A stretch of DNA of 64,000 bases from an uncultured Alphaproteobacteria bacterium (GCA_947085465.1 CAMTWQ010000025.1:7691-71690); one strand, 5' to 3'; shown: positions 27,984 to 36,995, counted from the stretch's first letter. Made by a program: numbers and translations. The notes: generated from the letters alone by a model not told the origin.

Positions 27984-28968
27984 TCAGTTTTGCCTCCGCA
28001 TGCAGTTCTGTCTGCCACTGACCGGTGATGGCGTACACCTTGCCGCCGCCATCGGTGATGAACCGCAAAATCTCTGAAACCGCTTCCACGCTGGGCGTGT
28101 CTGGCAAATATTGAGCGATAATTGCCGTAATGCGCCGCAGAATTTCTGGAACCGAATCCGCGTCGGATATCTCGCGCAAATATCGCCTTATATCTTCCGT
28201 GATGCGCCGCAAAATTTCTGCGGCTTTTGCAGGATCGGACGTGCCAAAAATTAATCTATCCCTGATACGTGCCGGGTCGGTATAGGCATCATCAAAGAAA
28301 TATGCGACCGCCCCGTCAATCTTCATCAAGCCATTTTTCTCTGAAACATATCCCTTAAATATACCAGACACAGTGGACCCACCGTGCGGGTATGCGACGG
28401 CTGTAAAATCGTAGCTTATGGAAAATTCGTAGGGAAAATAGCCATTGCCCACCGCTCGCGCCGCATGAATAACTTGTCTGTTGACCTCTTCAAATATTCC
28501 GGCGTCTCCCAGATGATAGGCATAGTGGTTGATGATATCCTGCAAATGGCCAATCCCGGACAACGTCACATCGCCCCCACCCTTAAACGCATGCTCTACG
28601 AAATCCTGTTTTTTCCATTTCGGGCTTGAATCATTCACTTCGCTGGTAAGCGTCTGATTGGCGAATTCGCTCTCGTTACGCACATAGGGTTCTGCTGTGC
28701 ACCGGCAACCATAATCCTCGCCGGGATGCCGCGTCGGCGGTGGGTTATCCCATGCGAACACTTTTCCATTATTTGCCGCATGCGAGGCGCGCACTTTGTT
28801 ATCGCCCCGCGTGCGCCAAATGTAGTGCGTAGTTGGATGTTCCTGCGCTGATGCCTTCTGTTCTTGTGCCGCCGCCTTCAACGACAGTTCAATGGGTACG
28901 CCTTTCCTGAGATACAGATTGAATGCCTTTTTATAGGCTGGGGTATGGATGATATCCGGGAGAGACAT
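27943..28968 (-). CDS. MuF / SPP1 gp7 head-morphogenesis-domain protein with an unrecognised C-terminal region (candidate polymorphic toxin)
   Basis: Residues about 48-95, YIWRTRGDNKVRASHAANNGKVFAWDNPPPTRHPGEDYGCRCTAEP, match the remembered Phage_Mu_F core (W.T..D.rVR.sH..l.G......p...PG....CRC). Residues 100-341 match no family I know and contain three EILR(R/F)IT repeats. Confidence 0.7.
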   Translation of the reverse strand: MSLPDIIHTPAYKKAFNLYLRKGVPIELSLKAAAQEQKASAQEHPTTHYIWRTRGDNKVRASHAANNGKVFAWDNPPPTRHPGEDYGCRCTAEPYVRNESEFANQTLTSEVNDSSPKWKKQDFVEHAFKGGGDVTLSGIGHLQDIINHYAYHLGDAGIFEEVNRQVIHAARAVGNGYFPYEFSISYDFTAVAYPHGGSTVSGIFKGYVSEKNGLMKIDGAVAYFFDDAYTDPARIRDRLIFGTSDPAKAAEILRRITEDIRRYLREISDADSVPEILRRITAIIAQYLPDTPSVEAVSEILRFITDGGGKVYAITGQWQTELHAEAKLNENESRYKKPVSR

Positions 28969-29180
28969 GGCAACTCCTAAAAGGGCGTAAAGCGAATTTG
29001 CTTTATATCAAAACCCAACCCTTTTGTAAAGAACAAAAAGAGAACATGATAAACCATAGGACTATTGGCATGGTCCTGCCCCCCCCATCCACCAGGCGGC
29101 TCTTTTTATCAACCCATTGTATGACATGGATAAAACGATTAGCCGTATATCGGGGCGGGTTCTGAACCCGTCCACCAGGG

Positions 29181-29272
29181 CCGACCACCCTTCGCCCTGC
29201 GGGCTTCGGGTGGCTTACGCCGCTTGGCGTAAGACGCACGGAACCGCACCTTGGGCGAAGGAGTGCTGGAGA
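29181..29272 (+). repeat. 92-bp direct repeat B (partner of 26845-26936)
   Basis: Preceded at 29155-29180 by a T-arm-like stub (gcgggttctgaacccgtccaccagg). Identical to repeat A over the first 77 nt. Confidence 0.92.
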
Positions 29273-29415
29273 GACCGCCTACGGGCTTCGGGTGGCGACG
29301 CCGTAGCGTGCGAAGCCAGAGCGTATCAGAGGCGAATAGTGCAATCCGCAAAATTTTAATAAGTGATAGGATAAACTCCCGCTGATTCGGTTCCGCTGAA
29401 CGAGTGGTGTTTGTG

Positions 29416-29931
29416 ATGCCGTTTCCACACATCGTAGAATCTGTTTATGACCCAGATTTGCTATTCCAGCGCCCGGAACTGATCATGTTCCTTGCCTACT
29501 GGAACGCCAAGCGGGGCGGGCGGCCATTCCCCTGCCGTGACGATTTCGTTCCGCGTGAACTGTTAAGCGTGCTGCCCTCGGTGCACATGTATGACGTTTT
29601 GGATCCGCCCGGCGGCGCGACTGACAAAGGCAAACAATTCCGAGTTCGTCTTATCGGCACCGCATTGAGTAACTTTTTTCCTAAAATGGACATGCGCGGC
29701 ATATACATCGTCGATTGGCCGCGCCCGATGTTTGAGCGGGTGCAACAGCATCTCCTCACTGTGTTGAAGCGCCGGTCGCCTGTGCGCGTCAGTAATCAGT
29801 CAACCAGCATTCCCGGACAAGAGTTTCAGGGATCTGAAGCCTGCTATGCGCCGCTGTCCAGCAATGGCGATGACATCGACATCATTATCGCTGTTTCAAT
29901 ATTATTATTAGAGCAGCCCGCGATTAAGTGA
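29416..29931 (+). CDS. Small PAS-like domain protein (PAS_5 / DUF1457-like)
   Basis: FLAYWNAKRGGRPFPCRDDFVPRELLSVLP...FRVRLIGTAL resembles the alphaproteobacterial PAS_5 family from memory. The start is taken at the ATG four codons into the track ORF. Confidence 0.55.
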   Translation: MPFPHIVESVYDPDLLFQRPELIMFLAYWNAKRGGRPFPCRDDFVPRELLSVLPSVHMYDVLDPPGGATDKGKQFRVRLIGTALSNFFPKMDMRGIYIVDWPRPMFERVQQHLLTVLKRRSPVRVSNQSTSIPGQEFQGSEACYAPLSSNGDDIDIIIAVSILLLEQPAIK

Positions 29932-29999
29932 AGCCACTTCGTGACCCCACTTAATCGCGGAAAGCTGCTCTAACACATTAAAATCTAGAGCAGATTGCT

Positions 30000-30118
30000 C
30001 TAGACCATTTCCTGATCGGATTGAATCAATCCGATCAGGATAAAAATGGTCTAACACATTCACTTAGAGCCTTTCTTGTCCGGTCAGGTTGGTTCAACCT
30101 GACCGGGAAAGGCTCTAG
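30000..30118 (+). repeat. Double-hairpin intergenic repeat, copy 3 (between the PAS-like gene and the DUF4170 gene)
   Basis: Same unit as copies 1 and 2. Preceded by the palindrome ctagagcagattgctctag (29985-30003). Confidence 0.9.
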
Positions 30119-30135
30119 AGATGAGGGAATAGCTT

Positions 30136-30381
30136 CTATTCTGCGGCTTGCTGTTTATCGTGTCCCATATGCGGATCCATCATGCGGTGCAGATGCACGA
30201 TGAAATAACGCATATGCGCATCATCGACCGTGCGCTGCGCCGCCGCCTTCCAAGCCTGTAGCGCCGGTTCATAGCTTGGGAATATCCCGACAATGTCCAG
30301 ATCATCGGTATTCTTGAATTCAACGCTCTGGGGATCAACAAGCCTGCCGCCAAACACCAGATGCAATAATTGTTCGGACAT
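30136..30381 (-). CDS. DUF4170 domain protein
   Basis: MSEQLLHLVFGGRLVDPQSVEFKNTDDLDIVGIFPSYEPALQAWKAAAQRTVDDAHMRYFIVHLHR matches my memory of DUF4170. The start is moved to the internal Met. Confidence 0.6.
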   Translation of the reverse strand: MSEQLLHLVFGGRLVDPQSVEFKNTDDLDIVGIFPSYEPALQAWKAAAQRTVDDAHMRYFIVHLHRMMDPHMGHDKQQAAE

Positions 30382-30516
30382 GACGAACTCCAATTTGCTG
30401 AACCCAAAGCTTAACTGGATTATGTTAAGCATTCATGATCACCATATAGGCCCTGCATTCGCTTGGCGAAAGGCCACGAAATGGGGCAAACTGAGAATTA
30501 TTGTAGGGAGCCCGCC

Positions 30517-31707
30517 ATGGAGCTGTCGTTCAGCCAGGAAGAAATCGCGTTTCGGGATGAAGTGCGGGCATTCCTGAAGCAAAACCTCAGCCTGGAACTG
30601 ATCGCCAGGACGCGGGAAAGCGCCCTGCCACGGCGTGAAGATGTCGCCCCCTGGCACAGAAAACTGTTCGAAAAGGGCTGGGCCGCGCCGAAATGGCCGG
30701 CTGAGCATGGCGGCCCCGGCTGGACGGTAATGCAGCGCTTTATTTTCGATGCGGAAATGACACTCGCCTCGGCGCCGCCTCTATCCGCCTTTGGCATGAC
30801 CATGCTGGCCCCGGTTATCATGCACTATGGCAGCCCCGCGCAGAAACAACGCTTCCTGCCCAAAATCCTGTCAGGCGAGGAATATTGGTGTCAGGGCTAT
30901 TCCGAGCCGGGGGCGGGATCTGATCTCGCCTCGCTGAAAACCCGCGCCGAGGATAAGGGGGATCATTATCTGGTTAACGGGCAAAAAATCTGGACCAGCA
31001 ACGCCCAGGATGCGGATTGGATTTTCTGCCTGGTGCGCACCAACCCGAGCGCCAAAGCGCAGGAGGGCATCAGCTTCCTTCTGATTGACATGAAAACGCC
31101 CGGTGTGCTGCTAAAACCTATCATATCGATCAATGGCAAGCATAGTTTGAACGAGGTGTTTTTCACCGATGTGAAAGTTCCCAAGGAAAATCTTGTCGGC
31201 AAGGAAAACATGGGCTGGACCTACGCCAAATTCCTGCTCGGCAATGAACGCACGGGAATTGCCGGCGTCTCGCGCGCCAATGGGGCGCTTGAGCGTTTGC
31301 GCGAAATGGCTGTTCTTACGCGCGGTGATGCTGGCGGCCAGTTAAGTGATGATGCGGATTTCTGCCGCCGCTTTGCCGAAATTGAAGTGGACCTGATGGC
31401 GCTGTCGCATACGGATTTGCGTGTGGCGTCCGCTGCGGCGCAAGGCGGGCAGATCGGGCCGGAAGCTTCGATCCTGAAAGTAAAGGGAACCGAGATTCAG
31501 CAGGCGATCAGTGATCTGGCGGTTGATGCGCTGGCCCATTACGCCGCGCCATTCGATAGGCCGCATGGGGATAATCTTGGCGATATCGGCCCCTTGCACC
31601 GCAAAGGCGTTGTGCCCGCGATGCTGTTTGGCCGCGCCGCTTCGATCTATGGCGGCACCAACGAAGTTCAGCGCAACATCGTCGCCAAGGCCGTGCTGGG
31701 ATTGTAG
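30517..31707 (+). CDS. Acyl-CoA dehydrogenase family protein
   Basis: WCQGYSEPGAGSDLASL and QKIWTSNAQDADW motifs. AGGGAG RBS before MELSFSQEE. Confidence 0.9.
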   Translation: MELSFSQEEIAFRDEVRAFLKQNLSLELIARTRESALPRREDVAPWHRKLFEKGWAAPKWPAEHGGPGWTVMQRFIFDAEMTLASAPPLSAFGMTMLAPVIMHYGSPAQKQRFLPKILSGEEYWCQGYSEPGAGSDLASLKTRAEDKGDHYLVNGQKIWTSNAQDADWIFCLVRTNPSAKAQEGISFLLIDMKTPGVLLKPIISINGKHSLNEVFFTDVKVPKENLVGKENMGWTYAKFLLGNERTGIAGVSRANGALERLREMAVLTRGDAGGQLSDDADFCRRFAEIEVDLMALSHTDLRVASAAAQGGQIGPEASILKVKGTEIQQAISDLAVDALAHYAAPFDRPHGDNLGDIGPLHRKGVVPAMLFGRAASIYGGTNEVQRNIVAKAVLGL

Positions 31708-31789
31708 GCAGGCTTACGTTTCTCGCCCCGCCAAGCGCTCGCGCCAATCTGAATACGCCAAAACCCCAGCCGCGCTATATAGTGCCGTG

Positions 31790-34558
31790 ATGAGCAAATC
31801 CAGCGCCCCCATGACGGTGATTCCCGCCGCCTTTATTCCCGGCCGCCAATCCGGCGTGCTGGTCACGGCCGATGGCGAGGTGGAGACGCTGAGCCTGGGT
31901 GACGCCAAGCGGCGCTGGGAGGGCGCGCCGCTGCTGATCTGCCATCGGATCAATGGGGCGAGAAGGCTTGGCGCCAATCTCACCTGGCGGCATTTTGATC
32001 TGCTGGAGTTGTTCGCCTTTGTGTTGCCGGCAAGGTTCTGCCTGCCGACCCCTGCCGGTCTTGCGCAGGCGCTAGGCTTACAGATCAAGGACGGGGCCGA
32101 GGCTGCGGCGATAAGCCTGCATAACGTACGCGCGGCGCTGCTAAAACTGCTGGCAAAGCCTGATTTTCCTGACAAGCCGGATGCGACGCGCGCCGCAGAA
32201 ACCATGGCGCGCACGGGCTGGGCCTGGGGGCCGACGGTGCTGGAGGCCCTGGGTGGCGCGTCCGGAAAAACCGCCGGGCCGATGGGCGGGCTGGATGTGT
32301 GGAACCGGCTGAGTGAATGGGAGGATTTTGCAGCCCCGCCGCCGCCCTCCGATGCGCCTGTTGCTGCCGCCGAGGCGCGGAAATTCCTGGCGCACATGCT
32401 GGCGGGCGCAGGGATTCCCGAAATCCGCCCGGCGCAGGTTCAATATGCCGAAACGGCGACGCGCGCCTTTGCCCCGCGCGCCGCCCCTGGCCAACCCAAT
32501 CTGGTGCTGGCCGAGGCGGGCACCGGCATCGGCAAGACAGCGGCCTATATTGCGCCAGCCGTTTTGTGGGCGCGCGCCAACAAAGGCGCCGTGTGGATTT
32601 CCACCTACACCAAAAACCTGCAACGCCAGATCGATCAGGAAATCACCCGCGCCTATCCCGATCCGGCGGAGAAGGCGGCAAAGGTGGTAATCCGCAAGGG
32701 GCGCGAGAATTATCTTTGCCTGCTGAACCTGCAAGAGGCCAAGGGCGGCGCGCGGCTAGGCAATCCGGCGGCGATTGGGCTGATCGCGCGCTGGGCGCGG
32801 GTCAGCCGCGACGGCGATCTGAGGGGCGGCGATTTTCCCGCCTGGCTTGGCGGGTTGCTTGGCGCGCAATTAATCAGTACACTGAGCGATCATCGCGGCG
32901 AGTGCATTTATTCCGCCTGCATGCATTTCCGCAAATGTTTCATCGAAAAAGTGGTGCGCAAATCGCGGCGCGCCGAAATCGTCATCGCCAATCATGCGCT
33001 GGTGATGACGCATGCGGCTTCGGGGGCCGCGTTAGGCGCCCTATCACAGGGCAACGGCGCCGCGCCGGTGCGCTATGTTTTCGATGAGGGGCATCATCTG
33101 TTCCACGCCGCCGATGGCGCGTTTTCCGCGCATCTAAGCGGCGTCGAGATGGCCGAACTGCGGCGCTGGGTGCGCGGGGCGGAAGCCGGGCGCGGCAAAC
33201 GCGGGCGCGGCCTGTCCGAGCGCATTGGCGATCTGGTTTCGGACAGCGACTCCGATATGGAAATGCTGCAACAGGCGGTGCGCGCCGCCAACGCGCTGCC
33301 GCATGACGGCTGGTGGACGCGGCTTAACGATGAACGGCCGCAGGGCGCGGCGGAAAAATTTCTGGCGCAGGCGCTGCATACAGTGCGGGCGCGGGCCAGC
33401 GATCCAAGATCGCCATTCGATCTGGAGCTAGAGGTGAACGATCCATCGCCCTTGCTGCTTGAATCCGCCGATGGGCTGGCGGCGGCGCTTGATGCGCTGG
33501 CGCAACCTTTGCGCAAGCTGAGTACGCGGCTGAGCGCGCGGCTGAGCGATGAAACGGCGCAACTGGACACCGCGACCCGCAGCCGCATTGAAGCGATGGC
33601 CAGGGGATTGCAGCGGCGCGGCGTGCTAAGCCTGCCTGCCTGGGTGCGGATGTTGAATGACTTGCGCGGCAAAACCCCCGAGGGATTTGTCGATTGGTTT
33701 GCGCTTAACCGCTTGGATGGGCGCGATTTCGACATTGGCCTTAACCGGCACTGGATTGATCCAACGATCCCGTTCGCTGAAAATGTTCTGGCCGAGGCGC
33801 ATGGGGCGCTGATCACCTCGGCCACCTTGCGCGACCGGGCTGCGGAATTGCCCGGTGACTGGAGCGAGGGCGAGGTTCACACCGGCGCCAATCACTTGCC
33901 GCTGCCACCGCACCGGGCGGGTTTTGAATCGCCATTTGATTATGCCGGGCGCACACGGGTGATCATTGTCACCGATGTGCGCAAGACCGAAATTAATCAG
34001 GTGGCCGCCGCCTATCGTGAATTGCTGCTGGCGGCGGGCGGCGGCGGGCTGGGGATTTTTACCGCCATTGGCCGCCTGCGTGCGGTGGCGGCGCGCATTG
34101 CGCCCGAACTTGAGAGGGCGGGCCTGCCACTCTATGCCCAGCATGTAGACGGCATGGATACAGCGACACTGGTGGATATTTTCCGCGCCGAGGAAAATAG
34201 CTGCTTGCTTGGCACAGACGCGGTGCGCGACGGGGTGGATGTGCCAGGCCGGGCGTTGCGCCTGATCGTGTTCGAGCGGGTGCCGTGGGCGCAGCCCGAT
34301 GTGCTGCACCGGGCGCGCAAGTCGGCGTTTGGGGCGCAATATGATGATTTCACCGCCCGCATGCGGCTCAAACAGGCCTATGGGCGGCTGCTGCGCAAGG
34401 CCGCTGATCGCGGCGTGTTTGTGCTGCTGGATGCGCAGACGCCAACCCGCCTGCTGAGCGCGTTTCCGCCGGGTGTGCGTATCGAGCGGCTGGGCATCGC
34501 CGAGGCGGTGCGCCAGGTTGCGGAATTTTTGCAAATGGATGATTCGGTCGCCAATTGA
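31790..34558 (+). CDS. DinG/Rad3-family ATP-dependent DNA helicase
   Basis: AEAGTGIGKTAAY Walker A, VFDEGHHL (DEAH-like box), a Cys cluster near CIYSACMHFRKC and C-terminal helicase motifs. The start is moved to MSKSSAP because the upstream part of the track ORF overlaps the acyl-CoA dehydrogenase gene. Confidence 0.8.
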   Translation: MSKSSAPMTVIPAAFIPGRQSGVLVTADGEVETLSLGDAKRRWEGAPLLICHRINGARRLGANLTWRHFDLLELFAFVLPARFCLPTPAGLAQALGLQIKDGAEAAAISLHNVRAALLKLLAKPDFPDKPDATRAAETMARTGWAWGPTVLEALGGASGKTAGPMGGLDVWNRLSEWEDFAAPPPPSDAPVAAAEARKFLAHMLAGAGIPEIRPAQVQYAETATRAFAPRAAPGQPNLVLAEAGTGIGKTAAYIAPAVLWARANKGAVWISTYTKNLQRQIDQEITRAYPDPAEKAAKVVIRKGRENYLCLLNLQEAKGGARLGNPAAIGLIARWARVSRDGDLRGGDFPAWLGGLLGAQLISTLSDHRGECIYSACMHFRKCFIEKVVRKSRRAEIVIANHALVMTHAASGAALGALSQGNGAAPVRYVFDEGHHLFHAADGAFSAHLSGVEMAELRRWVRGAEAGRGKRGRGLSERIGDLVSDSDSDMEMLQQAVRAANALPHDGWWTRLNDERPQGAAEKFLAQALHTVRARASDPRSPFDLELEVNDPSPLLLESADGLAAALDALAQPLRKLSTRLSARLSDETAQLDTATRSRIEAMARGLQRRGVLSLPAWVRMLNDLRGKTPEGFVDWFALNRLDGRDFDIGLNRHWIDPTIPFAENVLAEAHGALITSATLRDRAAELPGDWSEGEVHTGANHLPLPPHRAGFESPFDYAGRTRVIIVTDVRKTEINQVAAAYRELLLAAGGGGLGIFTAIGRLRAVAARIAPELERAGLPLYAQHVDGMDTATLVDIFRAEENSCLLGTDAVRDGVDVPGRALRLIVFERVPWAQPDVLHRARKSAFGAQYDDFTARMRLKQAYGRLLRKAADRGVFVLLDAQTPTRLLSAFPPGVRIERLGIAEAVRQVAEFLQMDDSVAN

Positions 34559-34599
34559 GGTTGCGGGATCAGGGCCAATCCAATAGGTTCGCCCGTAGT

Positions 34600-35034
34600 A
34601 TGGCAACCAGCGAGACCCGCATGACCTCTACCCTCAACCGGCAAAGCGCGCTTATTTTCATCATGGTCACCATGTCGGCTAGCGATAGCGGTATTGGGGA
34701 TGAGGAGCTGCGCACCATCGGCCGCATCGTCGAAACCCTGCCGGTGTTCAACGGCGTTAACCGCGACGCCATGGTCGCCGCCGCACAGAATTGCGTCAGC
34801 ATGCTGGAGCCAGAAGACGGGCTGGATGCGGTGCTGGGCCTGGTTAAACAGGCGCTGACCCCTGCGTTATGCGAAACCGCCTATGCGCTGGCGTGCGAGG
34901 TGGCGGTGGCCGATGGCAAGCTGGAACAAGAAGAATTGCGGCTGCTGGAAATGATCCGGGATGAGCTTGAGGTTGACCGGCTGGCGGCGGCGGGTATCGA
35001 GCGTGGCGTGCGCGCGCGCTATACCAAAGGATAA
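34600..35034 (+). CDS. TerB-like (tellurite-resistance TerB family) protein
   Basis: Two DG.i...E-type repeats (ASDSGIGDEELRTI; VADGKLEQEELRLL) typical of the TerB fold. Confidence 0.6.
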   Translation: MATSETRMTSTLNRQSALIFIMVTMSASDSGIGDEELRTIGRIVETLPVFNGVNRDAMVAAAQNCVSMLEPEDGLDAVLGLVKQALTPALCETAYALACEVAVADGKLEQEELRLLEMIRDELEVDRLAAAGIERGVRARYTKG

Positions 35035-35043
35035 GCAGGCGGG

Positions 35044-36312
35044 GTGAACGCACCGCCTTCACGCGCGCGCATTGTGTTGCTGGTCGGCGTGTTGTGCGCC
35101 GCCTATATGATCAGCCAGTTTTTGCGCTCCAGCACCGGGGTTATCGCGCCCGATCTGGCGCGTGAACTAAGTCTTGCGCCGGAATCCTTGGGGGCGCTCA
35201 GCGGCGCGTTTTTCTTTTCCTTCGCGCTGGCGCAAATTCCGGTCGGGCTGCTGCTGGACCGCATTGGCGCGCGCGCGACGATGACGATGTTGATGGGCTT
35301 CGCCATTGCCGGATGCCTGCTGTTCGCCACGGCGCAATCGCTCGCTTGGCTCACGGTTGCGCGCAGCCTAATGGGCGTTGGCTGTTCGTGTTTGCTGATG
35401 GGGCCGCTGATGATTTACACGCGCTGGTTCGCGCTGGCGCGCTTCGCCACCATGTCAGGCATACACATCGCCACCGGCACGATTGGCGCCATTATCGCGA
35501 CGGCGCCCCTCGCCTGGATGGCGGAATGGTTTGGCTGGCGCGGCGTGTTCACCGGAACAGCAGTGATCACCCTCCTGATGAGCGCGCTGGTGTGGATGCT
35601 TGTGCGAGACACGCCCCCCGGCGCAAGCGGCGCAGCGCCACAGCATGGGCGGGCGCGCGAGTCATTATGGCAAAGCCTGATGGGGCTTGGCGCGGTTATC
35701 CGCAATCCCAGTTTGCCGCATCTGCTGATTTTGCAATTTGTCGGGCTTGGCAGCATGGCCAGCATTTTTGGCCTGTGGGCCAGTCCGTACTTACATGACA
35801 TTCACGGGCTGGATGGGCCGGCGCGCGGGCAAATATTGCTGGGGATGTCGGTGGCGTCGGCGCTGGGCATGCTGTTCTGGGGGCCGATGGATATCCGCTT
35901 TGACAGCCGCAAGAAGCCTGTGCTGGCCGGCGCTTTGAGTGGCGTGCTTGCCCTGGTCCTGCTGACGGCGCTGGGCGCGCCAAATCTTTGGGTCGTCAGT
36001 GGGCTGCTGGCGCTGATCGGATTTAGCAATGGCTATACGGCGATCGCCGTCGCCCATGGGCGGGCGATTTTCCCTGACCATCTGACGGGGCGCGGCATTA
36101 CGCTGCTCAATATGGGCGGCATGATGGGGGCCGCCGTGTTTCAATATATTTGTGGCGTTATCGTTGGCCTGTTTGCCGCGCCCGGAACACCTGCCCCGCT
36201 GATCGCCTATCGCTACGTGTTTGGGTTTTTGGTCCTGTGCCTGATTGGCGCAATCGCGCTTTATGCGCGGGTCAAGGACGCGCCACCCAGCAGCGATGGG
36301 CATGCATCGTAG
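35044..36312 (+). CDS. MFS transporter
   Basis: 422 aa, about 12 hydrophobic segments, with the loop motif GLLLDRIGAR. Confidence 0.8.
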   Translation: MNAPPSRARIVLLVGVLCAAYMISQFLRSSTGVIAPDLARELSLAPESLGALSGAFFFSFALAQIPVGLLLDRIGARATMTMLMGFAIAGCLLFATAQSLAWLTVARSLMGVGCSCLLMGPLMIYTRWFALARFATMSGIHIATGTIGAIIATAPLAWMAEWFGWRGVFTGTAVITLLMSALVWMLVRDTPPGASGAAPQHGRARESLWQSLMGLGAVIRNPSLPHLLILQFVGLGSMASIFGLWASPYLHDIHGLDGPARGQILLGMSVASALGMLFWGPMDIRFDSRKKPVLAGALSGVLALVLLTALGAPNLWVVSGLLALIGFSNGYTAIAVAHGRAIFPDHLTGRGITLLNMGGMMGAAVFQYICGVIVGLFAAPGTPAPLIAYRYVFGFLVLCLIGAIALYARVKDAPPSSDGHAS

Positions 36313-36322
36313 GTCAGCGGGT

Positions 36323-36949
36323 TCACGCTGAAGTGTCGAGCAAGCCGCCGGTGGCGGGCGCGTCACGACCCTTCGGCGCCGGCGCATTTTTGGCGACGCC
36401 GACCATGGCCGGGCGCAATAGCCGCTCGCCAATCACATAGCCGGTTTGCAAAAGCTGAATCACAACACCATCGGGCGCGCCGCTGTCTGGAACCTCGAAC
36501 ACTGCCTGATGGAAATTGGGATCGAATTTTTCGCCTAGCGGATTGATGGGTGTAATGCCGTGCCGCTCGAAAATACCCAGCAATTGCCGTTCGGTGATTT
36601 CCATCCCTTCAGCCAGGGCTTTTATTGCCTCGCCTCCGGTGGCCCGGGTTTCCTCGCTGACACTGCCAATGGCGCGCGCCAAGGTATCGGTGACAGCCAG
36701 CAGATCGCGCGCCATATTGGCGATGGCGTATTTACTGGCGTCCTGCTTTTCCCTGGCGGCGCGGCGGCGCACATTTTCGGCCTCGGCCACAGCGCGCAAG
36801 GTTTGATCCTTTAGCTCCGATATCTGAGCTTCAAGACCGGCGATAATCTGCTCCGGCTCAAGCTCCGGCGCGGTCGCAGCGGCTTGCGCCTCTGCGTCTG
36901 CGATGATTTTTGACGCAGCCGCTTCAAGTTCGTTTTCTGTATCGCTCAT
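36323..36949 (-). CDS. grpE: Nucleotide exchange factor GrpE
   Basis: LKDQTLRAVAEAENVRRRAAREK...HQAVFEVP...VVIQLLQTGY. The start is taken at MSDTENE. Confidence 0.92.
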   Translation of the reverse strand: MSDTENELEAAASKIIADAEAQAAATAPELEPEQIIAGLEAQISELKDQTLRAVAEAENVRRRAAREKQDASKYAIANMARDLLAVTDTLARAIGSVSEETRATGGEAIKALAEGMEITERQLLGIFERHGITPINPLGEKFDPNFHQAVFEVPDSGAPDGVVIQLLQTGYVIGERLLRPAMVGVAKNAPAPKGRDAPATGGLLDTSA

Positions 36950-36995
36950 TTTCCAACCACTGATAAATGTTATCCCGCTATATAGCAGAGACGGC

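Noticed and set aside
26937-29180. Interpreting the tRNA-Pro islet as an active integrative element or prophage remnant.
   Set aside because: No integrase, excisionase, or any phage structural or replication gene is present. Only the MuF-domain core is phage-related, so I describe it as an integrase-less islet rather than calling it a mobile element.
15240-30118. Possibility that the repeated hairpin units represent a CRISPR array.
   Set aside because: The copies are 6-8 kb apart and about 119 nt long. They are not interspaced by short unique spacers, and no cas genes are present. They are dispersed intergenic repeats.
31511-31789. Upstream extension of the helicase ORF, giving 1015 aa and overlapping the 3' end of the acyl-CoA dehydrogenase gene by about 200 nt.
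   Set aside because: The extension has no helicase-like sequence and is in the shadow of a well-supported gene. A start at 31790 (MSKSSAP) removes the overlap.
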